Source: a virus
Taxonomy: Duplodnaviria; Heunggongvirae; Uroviricota; Caudoviricetes
IMG/VR virus record: IMGVR_UViG_3300023710_000192
Length of the DNA stretch: 55,556 nt
Strand: one strand, 5' to 3'
The notes beneath the pieces are model-generated. The model was not told the DNA's origin and did no database searches. It was given only the letters and a program-made list of their open reading frames with translations. The translations under genes were made by a program, and so were the position numbers. Below, one piece after another: positions 49,744 to 55,556 of this stretch (its first letter is position 1; each line of letters starts with the position of its first letter).

Positions 49744-50040
49744 TTATTCATTAATTCGTGTTGTTATCCATTTGTTAGGATTATATTTAACACGTTTTTT
49801 AGCTGGTATTGTACGATACATTCCAGTATTGATGTCTTTTATACTACGTGCTTGATATTCTTTTACCTTGAAAGAGCCAAGTTTTGGTATTGTAACTCTT
49901 TTGCCGTCAATTAAATCCTGAGCAACGCCATCTAAAACATCGTCTACTATTTCTTTAGCCTTATTGGTTGATATATTATATTTAGTTGATACTTCGTCTA
50001 TATAACAACTAAATTGTTTGTCGTAATTTTTGCTATTTAT
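49744..50040 (-). CDS. Second HU/IHF-like protein, probable non-canonical ATA start; absent from the track
   Basis: Translated by hand: INSKNYDKQFSCYIDEVSTKYNISTNKAKEIVDDVLDGVAQDLIDGKRVTIPKLGSFKVKEYQARSIKDINTGMYRTIPAKKRVKYNPNKWITTRINE. In-frame TAA upstream; no ATG, GTG or TTG before the HU fold. Confidence 0.75.
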   Translation of the reverse strand: MNSKNYDKQFSCYIDEVSTKYNISTNKAKEIVDDVLDGVAQDLIDGKRVTIPKLGSFKVKEYQARSIKDINTGMYRTIPAKKRVKYNPNKWITTRINE

Positions 50041-50118
50041 ATTATCGCCTTCTTCCTCATATTATCAGCTTGTGTTTCGGAATCATGCCGCATTTACCGC
50101 ACGATTCCGAAAATATTG

Positions 50119-52725
50119 CTATTGTAGTCTAATTTTAAAGCATTTTTTGAACGTTTTTGGGTTAATATCGTACAATATTTTGAGTAAAATGGAACGATTT
50201 TTACTAAGTCTTGTATCTATTACATCTTTTTTACCCTTGATATTTGGCGTAATTATAAGTGCCCTATTAATTAACCAACTCATCATTCCTATATATTTTT
50301 CAGGCATTGTAATTCTTTTAAGTTCGTTTATTAAATCATCATAATCACTTCTTAATAATAAATACTGAGAATGGTCATTAGGATCTTCCATATTAAAATT
50401 CATTATCTCCAATGAATAGTTTTCAATTAATTTTTCTATCTTATATGATTTATGTTTAGTAAGCTTATTTTCATGCGGTATGAAAAACTCTTTCATTGGT
50501 ATTGTTTCAGTATTTGGCATTCGTTTATTTTTAATGTTATATACATGATTCATAGGGCAATCTATATTAGGATTTATCTTTGAACGCAAGTCTGGTCGTA
50601 TACCGGCAAAAAATGCTGGATAACCAATTGACCTAACATTCATTTCGGTTTTTATACGCTGAATCTCTGAACGTACATCTACGTCGTATGACCTTTTCGC
50701 ATTATCAATTGCACATTGAGCTAAAACAGCTAGTATTGCAATATAGTTGTCATATTTTTTACCGAAGTCATTATATGTATAACTTAATCCTATTTGTGCT
50801 ACATTAGATGATTCTCCAATATCTAATTGAGCAGCCGCAAGGTTATTATCAATTTTTGCAAAACTTATTAATTCATTGGAATAAATATTTTTTTCCATTG
50901 GGATATTATTAACAACAGTAGGGTAGTTAACGTAACAATATTTAGCACGTTCTACTATTAATGGTTGGTTAGTAACGTAAAGTGCATCTGAATCTGCATC
51001 GCTACCATTGTTTCTATCTTGAAATGGTGTGTTAATTCCATTTGTTGCTATGATTTGTGTTCCAAAATTAAAATATTTATCAAAATAATCATGATAATGG
51101 TTATGTAAATATCCTAAATTATTACATGAGTTAAATGGACTCCTGAACTCTGCCAAATATTCTCCGTCATCAAACCTAGCCGTCCAGCATTGAATACAGC
51201 CATCTTCATGCTTGAATGTAGGATCATCTAAAGCGTTTTCTCCCACCGAATGCATTAACATTCCGTAAGGATTGCCTACGATTACCAAATTATCACCATT
51301 CTGAATAATTCTACCCTGTTTAACATTTCTTTGAACGTAATTACCAATTAATTGTTGTCTTCGTTCTACAAAATACTCGCTTCTAACAAAGTCTGGATTT
51401 TGCTCAACTAATGTTAACAATACTTCACAATCATTCATGAAATTTGCATTACGCCTTAAAAACTCAAAATACGTTTCATCATCAGTTTTGAGTTTATATA
51501 TATATTCTCTTGTCTCGGCAATTACATCATCAATAGTGTTTATGTCCAACGAGTTAACCATTTGATAACTCATTCGCTGAACATCCCCTAGTTTACTTTT
51601 GTGTGCAGTTTTAACAATTCCGAATATTGCACCGTTGTCCCATACCTTTTCACACCAATAGTCATATGAGACATCAAACTTAATCCATTTTATAGCATTT
51701 TCGGTAGTTATTAACTTAATATCTTTTGCGTAATGTTCATTACCCCACATATCTGTCACTTTAGCGGTTTCATAATTATCACCGAAGTAGTCTTTAAAAT
51801 ATTTTTGTATCTTAGTATGAAATGCTGCAGCTTTGAAGAAATGTTGACGTAATAATACGTATCCATTGCCCCATTCAGGGAATATACTCTCATCGATAAG
51901 TGCTTGTCCGTCAAATAATACATTCTTAACCTTATAATTTTCACGTAATACTGCGTGACATTGTTTGTTCTCATCTGTTTCAATACTAATAACGTCCGTA
52001 TTGAAAAACGAATCAACGTCTTTTAGTATTAATATATTCTCTGGCTCTATCTTTACACGCCCCTCAATAGTAGAAGTTATGAGAGAAGAGTAGGCCCCGA
52101 TCTCAACAATTGGAGCATTCCTCTTCGGTAATTTTAACCCCATCCATAAAAAGTTATGCGCACGTTTATATAGACTTGATTTAATAAACATACACGTTCC
52201 TTTTTTTGCCTTACCGGGTGTGCGGTACAACATTTTATAATGAATAGTATCATAACCGGTTACTTCTCCGGTTTTATTAAACTTCGGATATTTAATATCC
52301 ACGCCATTAACGTAGAATATCTCTCGTAACTCGGTCTTTGATTTTCTGTCAAACATATCTTTGTTGTTTTCTAATTCACGTTTGCGTCTTGCGATCTCAC
52401 GTTTAGTATATTCAACTTTAGCAATCTGTTCCTTATGACCATGAGATTTTACACGTTTTCTCTCGATTCTGTTTTTCTTAACGGCTTTATTAAGTTTGGT
52501 TAAAGCTTGTTCGTAACTATCCGAACCATAGTCAAACTGGATACAAATAACATCTCGTGTAAACCCATTTTTTGAAACTCGCAAACCATTGTTTTGCAGA
52601 TAATCCAAAAATAAACTATTTGTTAACATAGCGGGGGTAGTATGGTATTTTTCTCTAACACCTAAATTAGTATCCCATATACTACCGGCCTGAAAGTTAG
52701 CAATCTTAACTCCGTATTCAGACAA
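50119..52725 (-). CDS. yonO: YonO-like single-subunit (two-barrel) RNA polymerase
   Basis: FDGQALID, YVLLR, KLGDVQRMSYQMVNSL, RSPFN and catalytic-type NNGSDADSD (DxDxD). 868 aa, upstream of HU and the late module as in SPbeta. Confidence 0.82.
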   Translation of the reverse strand: MSEYGVKIANFQAGSIWDTNLGVREKYHTTPAMLTNSLFLDYLQNNGLRVSKNGFTRDVICIQFDYGSDSYEQALTKLNKAVKKNRIERKRVKSHGHKEQIAKVEYTKREIARRKRELENNKDMFDRKSKTELREIFYVNGVDIKYPKFNKTGEVTGYDTIHYKMLYRTPGKAKKGTCMFIKSSLYKRAHNFLWMGLKLPKRNAPIVEIGAYSSLITSTIEGRVKIEPENILILKDVDSFFNTDVISIETDENKQCHAVLRENYKVKNVLFDGQALIDESIFPEWGNGYVLLRQHFFKAAAFHTKIQKYFKDYFGDNYETAKVTDMWGNEHYAKDIKLITTENAIKWIKFDVSYDYWCEKVWDNGAIFGIVKTAHKSKLGDVQRMSYQMVNSLDINTIDDVIAETREYIYKLKTDDETYFEFLRRNANFMNDCEVLLTLVEQNPDFVRSEYFVERRQQLIGNYVQRNVKQGRIIQNGDNLVIVGNPYGMLMHSVGENALDDPTFKHEDGCIQCWTARFDDGEYLAEFRSPFNSCNNLGYLHNHYHDYFDKYFNFGTQIIATNGINTPFQDRNNGSDADSDALYVTNQPLIVERAKYCYVNYPTVVNNIPMEKNIYSNELISFAKIDNNLAAAQLDIGESSNVAQIGLSYTYNDFGKKYDNYIAILAVLAQCAIDNAKRSYDVDVRSEIQRIKTEMNVRSIGYPAFFAGIRPDLRSKINPNIDCPMNHVYNIKNKRMPNTETIPMKEFFIPHENKLTKHKSYKIEKLIENYSLEIMNFNMEDPNDHSQYLLLRSDYDDLINELKRITMPEKYIGMMSWLINRALIITPNIKGKKDVIDTRLSKNRSILLKILYDINPKTFKKCFKIRLQ

Positions 52726-52760
52726 TTAATAATCATCTCCTTTAGTGTCAATTTTTACTA

Positions 52761-52970
52761 TTATGCTGGACGAATGAAGTTGTCCTCATCACAACATTCA
52801 TAATCATGTTGTGGTTGTGAACATAATAAATCTAATAATACATCTGCTTCGTCATTATGTTTAATAGCGGTAATAATACGTTCAACCCCATAAAAACAAA
52901 TGATTAATAGTGCTGCAAAATAAATCATATTTGCAGTACTTGATAAAATTAGTGTCATAAATGCTGTCAT
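52761..52970 (-). CDS. Small membrane protein (69 aa)
   Basis: Hydrophobic N-terminal half. Confidence 0.5.
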   Translation of the reverse strand: MTAFMTLILSSTANMIYFAALLIICFYGVERIITAIKHNDEADVLLDLLCSQPQHDYECCDEDNFIRPA

Positions 52971-52973
52971 AAT

Positions 52974-53873
52974 TTAGGCCTCCTTAATAATTTTTCTTTT
53001 TTTGTCACATCTATGTTTTGAAATATCAAACTGTTCAATAATTGCATTAAGTTGTGATATATCATTACCTCTATAAAACAATCTAGGATTAATAATATAT
53101 TGGGTTTGACCAACTGATTCAAACCTACATAATACCGGTTCACCCTTAATAAATAATTTTTCCAATTTATTCATGATTTTACGTCCATAATCAGATTTTG
53201 GTCTTAAAATGGCTCTAATTTCATTCATATTTAATGGGATAATTTCATCAGGGTGAACGTCTTCAATATTCCAACACAAAACATTATTGCTGATATTTAT
53301 ATATGGTACGAGTTTTAATATCTCTCCAATAACACTGTGTTCACGAGGATCTGAATTCTTATATAAATCTCTAATAGCTCTATTAAAAGTTCTTATACTA
53401 TTTTTCTTAAATGTAGTAGAATCAAGATTCATAGAATAATATTCAGAATTAATTTTATAAAAATCATTTTGTTTGTATATTAATTTATAGTCTTCCATTG
53501 TTTTTACAAATTTAATTACACTCGATTTAGTTCGATCAAATATAAAAATAAAATCTGAATATTTAGAACATCTTTGATTATTATATGTTAATATGTACCC
53601 ACTTTTATCCCCATATGTACACAAGTATAAAAAACGAAAAGCAGTAGCAGTATCTTCATTCAATAGTTCTAATAATTTATCATAACGGTAGAAATAAAAA
53701 TTCCCAAGTTCTTTACCTATGATATTAAAAAGATCTCTTCTTAAATGGAAAGCTTTGATATCTTCCTCTCTTTTTTTTATATCATCTCCAGTTATAATAC
53801 CTCTTACATCATCTTTGAATTCTCCAGTTGTTTCGTTGAACCATCTGTCGCCTTTAAAATTTTCTTCAGTCAA
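52974..53873 (-). CDS. RepL-like / winged-HTH replication or regulatory protein (299 aa)
   Basis: Two repeats of a winged-helix-like pattern (YKINSEY and YIINPRLFYRG). SD GGAGG. The family assignment is by eye. Confidence 0.45.
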   Translation of the reverse strand: MTEENFKGDRWFNETTGEFKDDVRGIITGDDIKKREEDIKAFHLRRDLFNIIGKELGNFYFYRYDKLLELLNEDTATAFRFLYLCTYGDKSGYILTYNNQRCSKYSDFIFIFDRTKSSVIKFVKTMEDYKLIYKQNDFYKINSEYYSMNLDSTTFKKNSIRTFNRAIRDLYKNSDPREHSVIGEILKLVPYINISNNVLCWNIEDVHPDEIIPLNMNEIRAILRPKSDYGRKIMNKLEKLFIKGEPVLCRFESVGQTQYIINPRLFYRGNDISQLNAIIEQFDISKHRCDKKRKIIKEA

Positions 53874-53925
53874 TTAATTTTACCTCCAATTTTTTTTGCT
53901 ATAAAATAAGGGATTTTTAACACCG

Positions 53926-53973
53926 CTGGACATTCTGTGTACTTTTGACCTTTTTTCTGGACATTCTGTGTAC
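53926..53973. repeat. Two perfect 17-bp direct repeats (CTGGACATTCTGTGTAC), period 31 bp
   Basis: Copies at 53926-53942 and 53957-53973, just upstream of the RepL-like gene. Confidence 0.9.
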
Positions 53974-54283
53974 CTATTTCATCTCCGATTTTCGCCATAA
54001 ACTATGGCTTTTTTGGCGATTTGAGCGAAAGTACCCTATGTATATATATGTGGGAATGCGGGTTTGCGGGCTTGATGTCAATTTTTATTACTTTCTAAAA
54101 CAATAACTGATTTCCCTAATGTAATATTATCACATAATATACATTAAGTCAACAATTTTCACTATTATGTATACACGAAACCTTTAGGTTGAGTGTAAAT
54201 TTGGTATGTATAATATAATAATAGGAGAAACAGTAAATTACTGTCTCTCCTAATGTTGAGATCTTTATTCCGTCAGTAATAAA

Positions 54284-54532
54284 TTACTTCCGGAATATTT
54301 GTAAACTTAAATATGAATTATCTCTTTCGTATTCGTATATATCTTCGAGTTCATTGTAGGTTAAGTCTTTAATACTTAATACGATCTCTGTATTTCCCGT
54401 CATAATCTGTAGTTTATCGTTATTCTCTAATATTCTAATGTTATTCAAGCTAATTACGTCAGTTAGAGTAAATAGATTATCCAATGTAATAGTTATTATT
54501 ACATATTCACTATCTTGAAGTTTATTGATCAA
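54284..54532 (-). CDS. Small hypothetical protein (82 aa)
   Basis: Start adjusted to TTG 54532 behind SD GAGGAGG. Confidence 0.6.
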   Translation of the reverse strand: MINKLQDSEYVIITITLDNLFTLTDVISLNNIRILENNDKLQIMTGNTEIVLSIKDLTYNELEDIYEYERDNSYLSLQIFRK

Positions 54533-54562
54533 ATAAATACGCCTCCTCATTAGCTGTTCAAC

Positions 54563-54576
54563 AAAACACTTGTTCG
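54563..54576 (-). promoter_or_regulatory. LexA (Firmicutes SOS) box-like site
   Basis: CGAACAAGTGTTTT versus consensus CGAACRNRYGTTYC, in the leader of the 82-aa gene. Confidence 0.4.
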
Positions 54577-54755
54577 AAATTCCTTAATGATATAATACAA
54601 CTAATAAAGGTCAAAATCAACAATCAAAATTTAACATTTTTACGTTGATTAAACCCTGTGTTCTTTATATATTAAGGGTGTTGAACAATGTTTACAAATT
54701 TGTTTAAGGGGTTACGTTTACGATTTGTAGATTATCCCAGTTAGAAAAGAATATA

Positions 54756-54784
54756 TTGCACAACCAGAACGATTGTGATATAAT
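54756..54784 (+). promoter_or_regulatory. sigmaA promoter for a short plus-strand RNA
   Basis: TTGCAC-17 bp-TATAAT with extended -10 TG. Confidence 0.7.
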
Positions 54785-54790
54785 GCCATA

Positions 54791-54865
54791 CAAAAGAAGA
54801 ATTCTTTCTTCTTGGGATCGGGTGAGTGTGTTGGTCGCCAAACTTAACACATTCACTCTTTTTTT
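54791..54865 (+). ncRNA. Candidate small antisense RNA (about 75 nt)
   Basis: Promoter upstream, 13-bp terminator stem (54820-54858) plus T7, no ORF inside. Overlaps the stop of the convergent RHH gene. Confidence 0.5.
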
Positions 54866-55104
54866 ATCTTTAGAATTATCTCGTCTGTATTGTTCGACAT
54901 CTGAACGTTAATTCCGAGATTTCTATTAGTAATATCTTCTTTAGTAGTAGCTTCAATATTGTTAAAAAGAATATCATGTGGTGTCATACCGGTAATGTTA
55001 CAAGCTTCTTTTAACAATTTCTTTTCGGTTGGTGTAATTCTTATGCCTATCGTGAGAGTTCTAGGCTCGTCTAATGGTGGACGGCCTCTCTTATTGGCAG
55101 ACAT
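54853..55104 (-). CDS. Ribbon-helix-helix (CopG/Arc-like) DNA-binding protein
   Basis: KRGRPP..EPRTLTIGIRITPTEKKLLKEAC..TGMT..DIL. Start adjusted to ATG 55104. Confidence 0.65.
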   Translation of the reverse strand: MSANKRGRPPLDEPRTLTIGIRITPTEKKLLKEACNITGMTPHDILFNNIEATTKEDITNRNLGINVQMSNNTDEIILKIKKE

Positions 55105-55136
55105 TTTAATCATCTCCCTTCTTAAGTTCTAAATTG

Positions 55137-55165
55137 AGTATACGATTCATCAAATCAAAAGTCAA
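55137..55165 (-). promoter_or_regulatory. sigmaA promoter of the RHH gene
   Basis: TTGACT-17 bp-TATACT on the minus strand. Confidence 0.65.
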
Positions 55166-55556
55166 CTGTTTTTTGTTAAACAATGAAAATTTGACCATAA
55201 TTCGTTATTTTTTTATATATAGTATATCAAAATAGGTAATTACTGTTAACAATAATTGCCTATTTTTTTGTGTTTTACGATAGATGTGACGATTACGGAG
55301 AGAATGAGTGGAAATCTTTAAAAATGCTTGTTTTATGGGGTGAAATTTTGGTTAGTGTGTGGGTGAAGTAGCTAAAGACCTGAGCCGGTTATAATCGTTG
55401 TTTTTTGCGGAAACCACCCCCGTAAACCCTTATAAAATGGGTATTTCTAAAGGTTTTAGTAACTTGTATCCAGTGTGGTATTCTATGTATAGCAACAACA
55501 AAATATCGTTGTTGTGCCTAGTATGTAGGGCGGTTATACATACTGTCAGTTGTTAC

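Noticed and set aside
53926-53973. Mini CRISPR array
   Set aside because: Only two 17-bp repeats with a 14-bp spacer, far below CRISPR dimensions, and no cas genes.
54683-54695. Second LexA box (GAACAATGTTT)
   Set aside because: The half-site spacing is 3 rather than 4 nt.
227-55113. Many short plus-strand and alternate-frame ORFs in the track (e.g. 227-463, 1721-1903, 5277-5609, 16539-16745, 22048-22236, 39148-39687, 42905-43508)
   Set aside because: They are shadows of long minus-strand genes, with no SD and no recognisable motifs. Only 19373-19831 and the 1172-1507 cassette have independent support.
55229-55556. Palindromes and CCC/GGG hairpins at the right end as a genome terminus, pac or att site
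   Set aside because: Dyads are present, but nothing in the window distinguishes them from terminators. Read-end data are needed.

Overview
AT-rich segment of a large tailed-phage genome, with almost all genes on the minus strand. The architecture is SPbeta-like and the host is probably Clostridia/Lachnospiraceae (inferred from gene families and SD/sigmaA signals; no search was run). In transcription order (right to left) it encodes: an RHH protein, a RepL-like protein with 17-bp direct repeats, a YonO-like single-subunit RNA polymerase, two HU-like proteins, an initiator-type tRNA-Met, a metallophosphoesterase, an amidase endolysin, a structured non-coding region, a TerS candidate, TerL, portal, prohead protease/scaffold, capsid, head-tail and tail genes, a cysteine desulfurase, a tyrosine recombinase, holins, a RuvC-like resolvase, the tape measure protein, Dit, a tail spike, baseplate and fibre genes, and a second tyrosine recombinase. 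Four features stand out. (1) The tape measure gene is not two genes. A 949-nt group I intron (19305-20253; P1 with U.G and a perfect 10-bp P10) splits it, and splicing restores a 3356-aa ORF. Instead of a homing endonuclease, the intron carries an ANTISENSE Zn-ribbon gene with its own sigmaA promoter. (2) A second group I intron (33930-35210), with a LAGLIDADG endonuclease, splits a head-tail gene. (3) A shufflon-like invertible tail-fibre tip: 12-bp in-frame inverted repeats at 1171-1182 and 2006-2017 flank two tail-to-tail C-terminal cassettes next to a tyrosine recombinase. (4) Between endolysin and terminase lies a non-coding cluster with two covarying stem-AACAGCAAT elements and a tRNA minihelix lacking D and anticodon arms. 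All structure and splice calls were made by eye and need computational and experimental confirmation.
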